From Eledone cirrhosa (taxonomy: Eukaryota): a DNA stretch of 64,000 nucleotides. The stretch's first letter is position 1; the number at the start of each line of letters is the position of its first letter. A model generated the notes under the pieces. The model was given only the letters and a program-made list of their open reading frames with translations. It did no database searches and was not told where the DNA came from. Below are positions 30,575 through 43,334 of the stretch, piece by piece. Both the position numbers and the translations under genes were made by a program. Location: NCBI GenBank assembly GCA_964016885.1, contig OZ024740.1, forward strand, positions 266,662,001-266,726,000, given 5' to 3'.

Positions 30575-30668
<94 letters not shown>

Positions 30669-32944
30669 TATTAAGGATACTATTTATGGTTATGTATATA
30701 ATAAAACCTTTTATGGTTATATATTTTTTATATATAAACCCCAAATAGTGAAAGATAGTCATTGGCATTATCAGTAAGAAAATTTTAGATAAAATCATCC
30801 CACAGATTAAAAACAAGATTTACCTTAAACAATGGGGAAATACAGGTGAAGTGATTGAATGGTTCAAAGATATCAAAGATAACAAGGATAAAAAATTTAT
30901 TCAATTTGATATCAATTCTTACTACACCTCTATTTCCCCTATCCTATTAAATAAGGCACTTATAATGGCCATGGACAATAGTGACCTGACTAGACACCAG
31001 ATTCATGTCATACTTGCGGCCCGTAAAACACTAATCACCTTTGAAGACCAATTATGGATCCGCAAAGATACGCAAAACAACTTCGACATTACCATGGGGT
31101 CTAGTGACTCGGCGCAGGTCACTGATTTAGTCGGCCTATATTTACTTAACCAAATCCATAAGGACCTTCCTTACCTCAACGGTGGTTTGTACCGCGACGA
31201 TGCACTTCTACTTATAGATTATAAAAAATTCAATATAGAAAGAACTAGAAAACTATTGCCCAAAACATTCAAAAACTATAACCTTAGTATTACCATGGAC
31301 AAAAACACTAAAAACGTCAACTTCCTAGACGCCACACTCTACCTAGACTCAATGATATATGCACCTTTCCACAAACCTAATGAAAAACTCATTTACATAG
31401 ATACCAAGTCTAACCACCCTAGATCTATATTAAACTCTATCTCTAAGGGAGTATCTAATAGAATCTGTAATCTATCCTATGACGTAAACATATTTAACAA
31501 AAACTCGCAATATTATAATCAGGCATTAGCTAGATCAGGCCATAATATAGAGATCGAGTTCCTACCTACAAAAACGCATAGCTACAACATTATTTCGCAC
31601 AACATGTCCATGAGAAAATTTAGTAATAAGAATAGCAACCACACACACACTAATAGGGATGATAGCAACAAAAGTAACCCACACCACAGAAATTACAATA
31701 GTACCATAAAAGGAAAAAATCACCAGACATAAAAAACAGAAATAGAAGAAGAAATAATACATTTTTCAACCCTCCTTTCAATCTAAACGTCTCTACCAAC
31801 CTACCTAGGGCTTTCTTCTCACTACTAGATAAAAACTTCCCATCCGGCCACAAGTACCATAGCCTTTTAAACAAAAACACTATTAAAATCTCATACTCTA
31901 CTACACCTAACTTAGCATACCACATAGCTAGTAGCAATAAAAGAAAAATTAATTCTTACTTCCAACAAACTAAATCACAACAGACGATAAACCATCAAAA
32001 TAACATTATAGCAACTAACCCTAATATCAATAGAAATAATAGTAATAGCACTAGTGTAAACAATAACGCTGAGAACGGCGACCCACATAACCATAACCCT
32101 ATAGCTAACATCCAGACTTCTACACAGCATATTAACTGGCAGACTAACACCCAGAATAATTGTAACTGTAGATCAAATAGAACCTGCCCTTTAGATAAAA
32201 AATGCTTAACCAAGGATATCATATACTCATGCACAGTCACAACTAACAACTCTTCTGAAACCTATATAGGCTCTACTTCTAACTGCTTCAAAACTAGATA
32301 CAATTCGCACCTCCACTCTTTCAAAAAACACAGTCTAGCCAACTCCACTTCCCTATCTAGCTACATACACTATCTAAAAACTAAAAATAAACTATATACA
32401 CTTAAATGGGAAGTGGTAGGTAATGCGACATCGTACAAACCACCTAATAAATTTTGTAACCTCTGTCTACTAGAGACACATACTATCATCTTCTCTAACC
32501 ATAATCTCCTTAATAAAAAATCAGAAGTGTTTGCATCATGCCAGCACCGCTTCCGACACTCTTTCCAAAACTTTAAACCCTATATATAACAATGTCAGAC
32601 TTGAACCCGTCACCACCTCTAGCAATTAGCATTAGTGACACACCTTACACCTCATCCCCACACCCATTTATACACTCTAACGCAAATAGTAGCACCCTTA
32701 TAGTACCTTTTACCCTGGAGATAACCCCATGTACTTCTATTTTTGATATATTGGCCTTGAATTACTTGGACTACATTGCACAAATATATGATTAATGTAG
32801 ACCGTAGGCACTGTACTGGTTGTGCTAACATAGTCCTATGGATGGAGTGCCACCATAGGATAGATAGATGATTAAGTAATTAATTTATTAGTAAAGGGAC
32901 TATATATTCTATATGCTGAGTACAATGAATTATGTACAGATGAT

Positions 32945-33600
32945 ATATGAGTTAGGAGTTTCTGTATTGCTTGATGGCCAGATTAGTGTCTTTCTGTGAG
33001 AGAATTGATCTTCGAACCACCCTGGTGATATTTAAATTTGCCAAGGATTCAGACATACAATGACCCAGAGCTTACCGGGAGTCATATTTAATAATAAGAC
33101 CCTGCCAGGTTCTGCGGGTGGACTACACTTACAAAGATCATTGATTTGGAGGTCTGACTCTTCTTATAGATTATTCAGGTGTGGCACTCCATAATAGAAG
33201 GTAATCATCCTGATATGAACACCTTTAGTACTTCTTAATAGACTACACTGTAATTTATAGATAAGAAACCTAATTTATATATGAGTTGGGAGTTTATGTA
33301 TTGCTTGATGGCCAGATTAGTGTCTTTATATGAGAGAATTGATCTCCGGACCACCCTGGTGATATTTAAATTCGCCAAGGATTCAGACATACAATGACCC
33401 AGAGCTTACCGGGAGTCATATATAGTAATAAGACCCTGCCAGGTTCTGCGGGTGGACTACACTTACAAAGATCATTGATTTGGAGGTCTGACTCTTCTTA
33501 TAGAATGTTCAGGTGCGGCTCTCCATAATAGAAGGTAATCATCCTGATATGAACACCTTTAGTACTTCTTAATAGACTACACTGTAATTTATAGATAAGT
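32945..33600 (+). repeat. ~332-bp tandem duplication inside the PLE 3' UTR
   Basis: ATATGAGTT(A/G)GGAGTTT...GTAATTTATAGATAAG occurs twice, at about 32945 and 33278. Confidence 0.85.
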
Positions 33601-34513
33601 AAACTAATTTAGAAATTGGTTATAACCTCATATGATAGGGACTCATTTGAAACACCATTAATGTAATTTAGGATAATAAATTTAACTATGAAAATCAACT
33701 AGTTACCTCCCCTTACGCATTAACTCCCCTTAGTCACACACACACTTCCGGAATATAATACAATGTCATCTCACACAACTAAAACAACCTGATCTATTAA
33801 TCAAATTAAGAAACGACAAGATATGGTTTACAACTTGGTTCTCCAGACACCTAATCATCGTGGATTGTGTAATAGACCTGTAGTCTATATATTGCGTTTC
33901 ATGGATTGTGTGAGTGGTGGTGTGTGCGAAGACAGTGGTGCTGTTTTGCCTCTTTTATAATATGTTTTATATGTTTGATATTTTTGATATTTTGGTGTTT
34001 CTCTCCATTCGGCATTGTATATCGTACAGGTGTATGCGAAAAAATGATTTAACAATACGGCCCACATGATACTATTGATTGCCTGCTTTAACTGCCTGAT
34101 TCTACAAGTAACAATCTGCCGCAGGATAATCCTGTATAAATAAGACACGCGTGCATGCCACACGTGAGATTGTTTCATACACTGACTACTCTAAACTTTC
34201 CGCTTGCTTTATCTTCATAAACTGCCAATGTTTTATTTTTATTTTTATTTTTATTTTTATTTTTATTTTTATTTTTATTTTTATTTTTATTATTATTTTC
34301 ATTTTTATTTTTATTTTTATTTTTATTTTTATTTTTATTTTTATTTTTATTTTTATTTTTATTTTTATTTTTATCCTTTAACCTTTATATGTAAATTGCC
34401 ATGCTATATCATTATGATGGATGTCAACCCACTGTGGGTCAATATATGCATATGTTTTTATATGTCTCTTGTGTTGAAAAGGAGGTCAAGTATGTTATAG
34501 ATCACTAAATAGC

Positions 34514-34560
34514 TGCTCCGAAGAATCCAAACCTCGGTTTGGAGGAAACAATTGTAAGCA
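34514..34560 (+). ncRNA. Type I hammerhead, CCGAAGA core variant
   Basis: TGCT-CCGAAGA-ATCCAAACC TC GGTTTGGAG-GAAA-CAATTG-TA-AGCA-AATAAA. Confidence 0.75.
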
Positions 34561-34640
34561 AATAAATGATTTAAACTGAACTTTGATTATTGTAATCTCT
34601 CTATATATATATATAATATATTTATATATATATATTTATA

Positions 34641-34770
<130 letters not shown>

Positions 34771-34790
34771 TTATATATATATATATAATA

Positions 34791-34829
<39 letters not shown>

Positions 34830-35070
34830 CGTGAAATAAGAAAATTATAAAATTAACTTACTTACTAAAATATCACTTCCAACTAATTAGTTTCTGGAAT
34901 GGAGTAAATATATTTTCCGAAGAAGATATAGAGAAACATTCCGTCGTCAGGGAAGACTATTCTCAATGGCTAGGAATTCAGTCCACGCTTTGCTATTTCC
35001 TATCCACTGAATTATTTTTTAATAAGTTTCCAGAGTCCTCGCTTTGCCTGGAAACTTAGATGAGAATAGT

Positions 35071-35150
35071 CTTCCCTGACGACGGAATGTTTCTCTATAT
35101 CTTCTTCGGAAAATATATTTATTCCATTCCAGAAACTAATTAGTTGGAAG
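35071..35150 (+). ncRNA. Type I hammerhead (further copies at 34876-34955 and 36397-36476, both minus)
   Basis: CTTCC-CTGACGA-CGGAATG..CATTCCA-GAAA-CTAATTAG-TT-GGAAG. Confidence 0.8.
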
Positions 35151-35319
35151 TGATATTTTAGTAAGTAAGTTAATTTTATAATTTTCTTATTTTACGTCTC
35201 TCATATTATTGTTCTGCAACCCCATGCATTGAACCACAATGTTACTAAGACAAAACCTATATATTTGCTAGCATTGATATGCATCTGTATGTATATATAT
35301 ATGTTACTAGATATTAATT

Positions 35320-35367
<48 letters not shown>

Positions 35368-35423
35368 TTATATATATATATTATATATATATATAATATA
35401 TTTATATATATATATATATCATA

Positions 35424-35464
<41 letters not shown>

Positions 35465-35593
35465 TATATTTATATATATATATATATATCATATATTTAT
35501 ATATATATATATATATAATATATTTATAATATATTTAAATATATATATATAAATATATTATATATATATATATAAATATATTATATATATATA

Positions 35594-35787
35594 TAACGAA
35601 GGAAATGTGGTAAGGAACCAGGTGGACCATAACGCACCAAAGTACTCAATACTTAGGGTAGTAGAGTGGGTAATAGGAACCAGTAAGACCCCGACGGCTG
35701 AGCTCAAGCCGTTTCGACGGCTAATTCTGGTCCAGAATTAGCCGTCGAAACGGCTTGAGCTCAGCCGTCGTGGTCTTACTGGTTCCT
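35594..35787. mobile_element. Short foldback insertion of the same PLE family as 42694-46705
   Basis: 35594-35730 is the reverse complement of about 43107-43242; 35731-35787 matches 43106-43162. Confidence 0.85.
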
Positions 35788-35859
35788 ATATATATATATA
35801 TAAATATATTATATATATATATATAAATATATTATATATATATAAATATATTTATATAT

Positions 35860-35934
<75 letters not shown>

Positions 35935-35998
35935 ATATATAAATATATTATAAATATATTATATATATATATAAATATATGATATATATAAATATATG

Positions 35999-36085
<87 letters not shown>

Positions 36086-36112
36086 TATGATATATATATA
36101 TATAAATATATT

Positions 36113-36145
<33 letters not shown>

Positions 36146-36146
36146 A

Positions 36147-36229
<83 letters not shown>

Positions 36230-36596
36230 AATTAATATCTAGTAACATATATATACATACAGATGCATATCAATGCTAGCAAATATATAGGTTTTGTCTT
36301 AGTAACTTTGTGGTTCAATGCATGGGGTTGCAGAACAATAATATGAGAGACGTAAAATAAGAAAATCATAAAATTAACTTACTTACTAAAATATCACTTC
36401 CAACTAATTAGTTTCTGGAATGGAATAAATATATTTTCCGAAGAAAATACAGAGAATCATTCCGTCGTCAGGGAAGGCTATTCTCATCTAAGTATCCAGG
36501 CAAAGCGTGGACTCTGGAAACTTATTAAAAAATAATTCAGTGGATAGAAGTGATATTTTAGTAAGTAAGTTAATTTTATAATTTTCTTATTTTACG

Positions 36597-36776
<180 letters not shown>

Positions 36777-36807
36777 TATATATATATATAAATATATATA
36801 TATATAA

Positions 36808-36852
<45 letters not shown>

Positions 36853-37165
36853 AAATATATACATATATTATATATATATATATATATATCGTTTCTGAAT
36901 TTGTTTAGCAAGATTCTTTATCTGAAATCGTGTGTTGAAACCGATATTGTTATACTTTGGGTGGGTCATGTTGCCAATAAGAAACACACGCACCAGTTGC
37001 TTTCACTTCAATTTATTATAATAAATTTATAATAAATTTATTACAATAAATTGACTCCAGTTCCCCAGTGAATTAACATCCCAGCAAGGAACTGGGCATA
37101 TCTGAGTATTGACAATATCATACACCTAAACAACATATGTACTTGTCTATACCATACTAATTCAA

Positions 37166-37220
37166 ACTGCCTGAAGAGGTCACAGCCAAAGATGGCTGTC
37201 ACTGAAATATATATAGCAGT
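37166..37220 (+). ncRNA. Type I hammerhead, canonical core
   Basis: ACTGC-CTGAAGA-GGTCACAGCC AAAGAT GGCTGTCACT-GAAA-TATATAT-A-GCAGT-AATAAA. Confidence 0.85.
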
Positions 37221-37361
37221 AATAAACGAAGCTAAATTTTAATCATTTGACTTTTATTTAACTTTATTTTACACTACTCCGGAGTAACCAAACCAACCTG
37301 CTCACTTCGTTGAGTGCTCCAGCCTGCATACTGAGGTGTTGGTATACAACCAACATAAACT

Positions 37362-37431
<70 letters not shown>

Positions 37432-38016
37432 TTACTGCTTCCTCTTTCTCTGTATCTTTACCCTCTCTAGCAGTCACTCTCTCTGTTAGTCTAGTCTCTT
37501 CCTCACCCTTCACTCACTCATTCTCTGTTACTACCTCTCCTCCTCCTTCTTCCCGTTTGACCTGTGCGTAATTATTTTCTTTCGCACCCTTGGTCTGGCA
37601 GGTCGCTTTTTTTCTCTCTCTCGTCTACGATTTCACAGAACTTACGTTCACCGAATTCACAGACTAGATCCCTTCTTCCTCCCGTTAGATCTGTACGGAA
37701 TTCCTTCCTTGCTCACATTCCAACCAGGTTTGATGGTCTTTATTCTCTCTCGTTCACGATTTCACCGAATTTAAATTCATAGAAATTTGGGACTTGACTC
37801 CTTCTTCCTCACTTTTCGTTGCTTCACCATTTTTGTTTATTTACACTCGTGTCCCCTTTATTTACGTATCCCAACGACTTTTTTTAGCCGTTGCTCGCAT
37901 CAACAGGAGGTATATGGTCTTTAAAGCGATGAAATACCAATGATGGTTGGAAGATCACCGATGAAGGACTAACTTTATTCATATGTAACCCATTAGCAAC
38001 CCCGCAGCACGTTTAT

Positions 38017-38070
<54 letters not shown>

Positions 38071-38076
<6 letters not shown>

Positions 38077-39777
38077 ATAAATGCTCTGAAATAGCGATAT
38101 ATATGTGAATATAGACATAGAATATTCGAAAATATTCTGTATGTTTATAATAAACATTTTGAAGACCTAATCGCTATAGAATAGAATACGTCACGTATTA
38201 CAATTAGATTCTCGATAAAAGCAAGGGAAGTAATCTACGCGTTTCATTCTCGTTAGAAATCATCAGGACTACATATCCAGTGCTTTTATCGAGAATGACA
38301 CAGCTAGAGACTTATAGAATACTTAGCTGTGTACAGGAACTGGTTTGAAAGAGCGGTTGCCGGTCCGGCAGAAATTAGAAATTGGAATAAATGCTCTGAA
38401 ATAGCGATATATATGTGAATATAGACATAGAATATTCGAAAATATTCTGTATGTTTATAATAAACATTTTGAAGACCTAATCGCTATAGAATAGAATACG
38501 TCACGTATTACAATTAGATTCTCGATAAAAGCAAGGGAAGTAATCTACGCGTTTCATTCTCGTTAGAAATCATCAGGACTACATATCCAGTGCTTTTATC
38601 GAGAATGACACAGCTAGAGACTTATAGAATACTTAGCTGTGTACAGGAACTGGTTGAAAGAGCGGTTGCCGGTCCGGCAGAAATTAGAAATTGGAATAAA
38701 TGCTCTGAAATAGCGATATATATGTGAATATAGACATAGAATATTCGAAAATATTCTGTATGTTTATAATAAACATTTTGAAGACCTAATCGCTATAGAA
38801 TAGAATACGTCACGTATTACAATTAGATTCTCGATAAAAGCAAGGGAAGTAATCTACGCGTTTCATTCTCGTTAGAAATCATCAGGACTACATATCCAGT
38901 GCTTTTATCGAGAATGACACAGCTAGAGACTTATAGAATACTTAGCTGTGTACAGGAACTGGTTTGAAAGAGCGGTTGCCGGTCCGGCAGAAATTAGAAA
39001 TTGGAATAAATGCTCTGAAATAGCGATATATATGTGAATATAGACATAGAATATTCGAAAATATTCTGTATGTTTATAATAAACATTTTGAAGACCTAAT
39101 CGCTATAGAATAGAATACGTCACGTATTACAATTAGATTCTCGATAAAAGCAAGGGAAGTAATCTACGCGTTTCATTCTCGTTAGAAATCATCAGGACTA
39201 CATATCCAGTGCTTTTATCGAGAATGACACAGCTAGAGACTTATAGAATACTTAGCTGTGTACAGGAACTGGTTTGAAAGAGCGGTTGCCGGTACCGGCA
39301 GAAATTAGAAATTGGAATAAATGCTCTGAATAGCGATATATATGTGAATATAGACATAGAATATTCGAAAATATTCTGTATGTTTATAATAAACATTTTG
39401 AAGACCTAATCGCTATAGAATAGAATACGTCACGTATTACAATTAGATTCTCGATAAAAGCAAGGGAAGTAATCTACGCGTTTCATTCTCGTTAGAAATC
39501 ATCAGGACTACATATCCAGTGCTTTTATCGAGAATGACACAGCTAGAGACTTATAGAATACTTAGCTGTGTACAGGAACTGGTTTGAAAGAGCGGTTGCC
39601 GGTCCGGCAGAAATTAGAAATTGGAATAAATGCTCTGAAATAGCGATATATATGTGAATATAGACATAGAATATTCGAAAATATTCTGTATGTTTATAAT
39701 AAACATAGCGATTAGGTCTTCAAAATGTTTATTATAAACATACAGAATATTTTCGAATATTCTATGTCTATATTCAT
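38071..39777 (-). repeat. Tandem array of 310-bp hammerhead-containing units (5.3 copies) plus 70-bp terminal inversion; retrozyme-like
   Basis: Units start at 38071, 38381, 38690, 39000, 39311 and 39620 and are almost identical; 39707-39777 is inverted; (TA)n on both sides. Confidence 0.92.
38231..38271 (-). ncRNA. Minimal type I hammerhead (also at 38541-38581, 38850-38890, 39160-39200, 39470-39510)
   Basis: TAGTC-CTGATGA-TTTCT AACG AGAAT-GAAA-CGCG-TA-GATTA. Confidence 0.88.
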
Positions 39778-39795
39778 ATATATATATATATATAT

Positions 39796-39880
<85 letters not shown>

Positions 39881-39959
39881 TATATATAAATATATAATAT
39901 ATATATAAATATATTATATATATAATATATATAAATATATAAATATCTAATATATATAT

Positions 39960-40011
<52 letters not shown>

Positions 40012-40037
40012 TATATATAAATATATTTATATATATA

Positions 40038-40132
<95 letters not shown>

Positions 40133-40157
40133 TATATATATATATATATATATATAA

Positions 40158-40231
<74 letters not shown>

Positions 40232-40254
40232 TATATATATATAATATATATATT

Positions 40255-40385
<131 letters not shown>

Positions 40386-40407
40386 TATATATATATATAT
40401 ATATATA

Positions 40408-40467
<60 letters not shown>

Positions 40468-40476
40468 TATATATAT

Positions 40477-41150
40477 AAGCCGACAAGGCCTTGTTTCGTT
40501 TTTGTTGAAGCTTATCAAGGCTAACTACTCCCACCTGTCTACCGAGATCACTGATGTTATATTCTTATAGAATTCTAATAAATAATCAGGAGCTGATTAT
40601 GCAGGGTGGTTGTTGGTCAGGCAGAAATTAAAAATTAGAATTGGAGCTCTGAAATAGCAATATATATATGGATGTATATATAATGTATTTTGCAATACAC
40701 TTTATGCTTAATTAAAAGCATTTTGAAGACCGTAAGCTATTGTTTTTTAGAGTAGTGACAAATTCACTTACTTTGATCTCAGCAAACAGGGGAGATAAGC
40801 CGACAAGGCCTTGTTTCGCTTTTGTTGAAGCTTATCAAGGCTAACTACTCCCACCTGTCTACCGAGATCACTGATGTTATATCTCGGTAGACAGGTGGGA
40901 TATAACATCAGTGATCTCGGTAAACAGGTGGGAGTAGTTAGCCTTAATAAGCTTCAACAAAAGCGAAACAAGGCCTTGTCGGCTTATCTCCCCTGTTTGC
41001 TGAGATCAAAGTAAGTGAATTTGTCACTACTCTAAAAAACAATAGCTTACGGTCTTCAAAATGCTTTTAATTAAGCATAAAGTGTATTGCAAAATACATT
41101 ATATATACATCCATATATATATTGTTATTTCAGAGCTCCAATTCTAATGT
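40477..41150 (-). mobile_element. 320-bp hammerhead unit (about 1.3 copies plus inverted arm), sister of the 310-bp family
   Basis: AAGCCGACAAGGCC repeats at 40477 and 40797; inverted copy at 40901-41148; hammerhead AGCC-TTGATAA-GCTT CAACAA AAGC-GAAA-CAAGGCCTTG-TC-GGCT at 40798-40842 and, with one stem II change, at 40478-40522. Confidence 0.85.
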
Positions 41151-41335
41151 TTATATATATATATATATATAGTTTTGCGAGGTTTTTGATAGGAAATCGT
41201 GTGTCGAAACAAATATTGTTATACTTGGGGAGGGTCATATTTGTGTAATAATATTGCCAGAGTTAATAACAGAACACACTCACTGTTTGGTTGGTTTTCG
41301 CTTCTGTATCTTTTATATCCGTTAATTTAATTTAT

Positions 41336-41875
41336 ACCATATATATATTTAATTTATACCATATATACACCCTTACCATATATACACAGTAACCATATAT
41401 ACACACTAACAATATATACACACTAACAATATATACACACTAACAATATATACACATTCACCATATATACATATTCACCATATATATACAGTAACCATAT
41501 ATACACACTAACAATATATACACACTAACAATATATACACACTAACAATATATACACATTCACCATATATACATATTCACCATATATACACAGTAACCAT
41601 ATATACACACTAACAATATATACACACCCAACATATATACTCACACATCATATCCACACTAACAATATATAAACACTAACCATATATACACACTCAACAT
41701 ATACACACACTAACCATATACACACACACTCAACATATATACACAAAGAGGCAACATTCCTGTCTGGGTAAATACGTATTTGTAAAAAAGTTATATCTAA
41801 TAATCCAAGCGTGAAATTAGTTACAATAGAGTGGAGTACGTGACTTGATAGAATATATGAATATGAAGTTTATCC

Positions 41876-41879
<4 letters not shown>
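41336..41879. repeat. 17-mer minisatellite element with unique tail, second copy
   Basis: Same CCATATATACACACTAA units and the same 135-bp tail (AAAGAGGCAACA..TTTATCCGTGT) as 21970-22362. Confidence 0.85.
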
Positions 41880-41925
<46 letters not shown>

Positions 41926-42165
41926 GTGAGGTTTCTTTTACAAAATGAAAAATAACCGAGGTGTCCTACACGAGTGAAAGTATAAAGAAAAAGAGATGAA
42001 ATCGAAAATGCAACTGGAGTCTTATTTTTTAAAAAATATATATATTTATTTGGTTCCTTTACCGGTTTCGCAGTTCTTCTGCTTTTCAAAAGGTGAGTTG
42101 AGATGGAGGGTCTGTGGTTTTTCTAACAGATGTGAGAAAAACCACAGACCCTCCATCTCAACTCA

Positions 42166-42203
42166 CCTTTTGAAAAGCAGAAGAACTGCGAAACCGGTAA
42201 AGG
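42166..42203 (+). ncRNA. Minimal type I hammerhead, UUGAAAA core (inverted copy at 42056-42093)
   Basis: CCTT-TTGAAAA-GCAG AAGAA CTGC-GAAA-CCGG-TA-AAGG, inside a foldback at about 41990-42268. Confidence 0.78.
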
Positions 42204-42265
42204 AACCAAATAAATATATATATTTAAAAAAAAATAAGGCTCCAGTTGCATTTTCGATTTCATCT

Positions 42266-42351
<86 letters not shown>

Positions 42352-43055
42352 AGATAAATCTACCAAAATGTACGGTAGTGTCCAATCCGTATGAAGAACT
42401 CAATGTAATCCGAATATCATGAAAAGAGAAGATGTATTCAAAAATCTTTTTCCGATGAAAAATACACGAAAACAGAGTCAAGATAAATTAATAAAAATAA
42501 TGAATAAAAACAAAGAAACAGTTCCTTATATTAAAAAATTCATCATTTTACGATCGTTTCTAGGATATATATGTTTGTGTTGGTATGTATATCATATAAA
42601 TCTATGTAAAAATTTTACAAACTATCATAGGGAATATACATACCTACACATATATATGTTGTCTTCAGAAATAATTATATTATAATTATATTATTTCTTT
42701 CTTTATTTTATTCTCGCCTAACAATAGCCTGACACCTAGGTCGTAGAATTTAATTTACTTTACTTTTCTTTACACTTATTTGCCTTTCTTCACTCTCAGT
42801 ATTTTTTTTTTTTTCTTTCCTATTTCTACCCCCCATTGTTCTACCTACCGTTCCGACTTCCTCCCCCTCCCCCTCCCCTGTATCTTCTTTGACCTCATGC
42901 CCAGCTGTAGCTGGCACTACCAACGCTTGATTGGGTCTACTCCACCCCCTCCCCTCTTTCTCCTACTGGCAGGTTTAGCCACCATCTCCCCTACTAATTT
43001 GCAACCACAGAATTACTACTGATTTTTGACAATCACTTTGACCATATATGGAATT

Positions 43056-43149
43056 ACCCCTTGAGAAGATCGGCTATTTAAATACCAGGATAAATTTTCA
43101 TTTAGTCCAGAATTAGCCGTCGAAACGGCTTGAGCTCAGCTGTCGGGGT
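43056..43149 (+). ncRNA. Type I hammerhead in 5' pLTR, UUGAGAA (U3-A8) core
   Basis: ACCCC-TTGAGAA-GA(T)CGGCTA..TAGCCGTC-GAAA-CGGC TTGAGCTCA GCTG-TC-GGGGT; predicted cleavage after C43144. Confidence 0.85.
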
Positions 43150-43334
43150 CTTACTGGTTCCTATTACCCACTCTACTACCTCAAGTATTGAGTACTTTGG
43201 TGCGTTATGGTCCACCTGGTTCCTTACCACATTTCCTTCGTTATCTAGCTCCTACTCCCGTAGTAGAGCACTTTCCGACCCTACCACGCCGCATCCAGAC
43301 TTTTCCGCTAAGCTCAATTCATTTCACCCGCACC

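Larger units (their letters stand above)
30757..34600 (+). mobile_element. 5'-truncated, frameshifted Naiad-type PLE (RT plus GIY-YIG) with long 3' UTR and terminal hammerhead
   Basis: ORF 30851-31732 has FIQFDINSYYTSI, MGSSDSA and GLYRDDAL. After a frameshift: FFNPPFN..CNCRSNRTCPLDKKC..IIYSC..YIGSTSNCFKTRYNSH..CNLC..CQH to about 32590. Confidence 0.9.

Noticed and set aside
32945-33600. 332-bp duplication as another retrozyme
   Set aside because: No hammerhead core was found on either strand, and it is internal to a PLE 3' UTR.
38071-39706. CRISPR-like array
   Set aside because: Whole units are identical with no unique spacers, and the context is eukaryotic.
43188-43334. N-terminal 49-aa extension of the PLE ORF from TTG
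   Set aside because: A TTG start is unlikely in a eukaryote; the first ATG in good context is at 43335, just before FSTKNIP.
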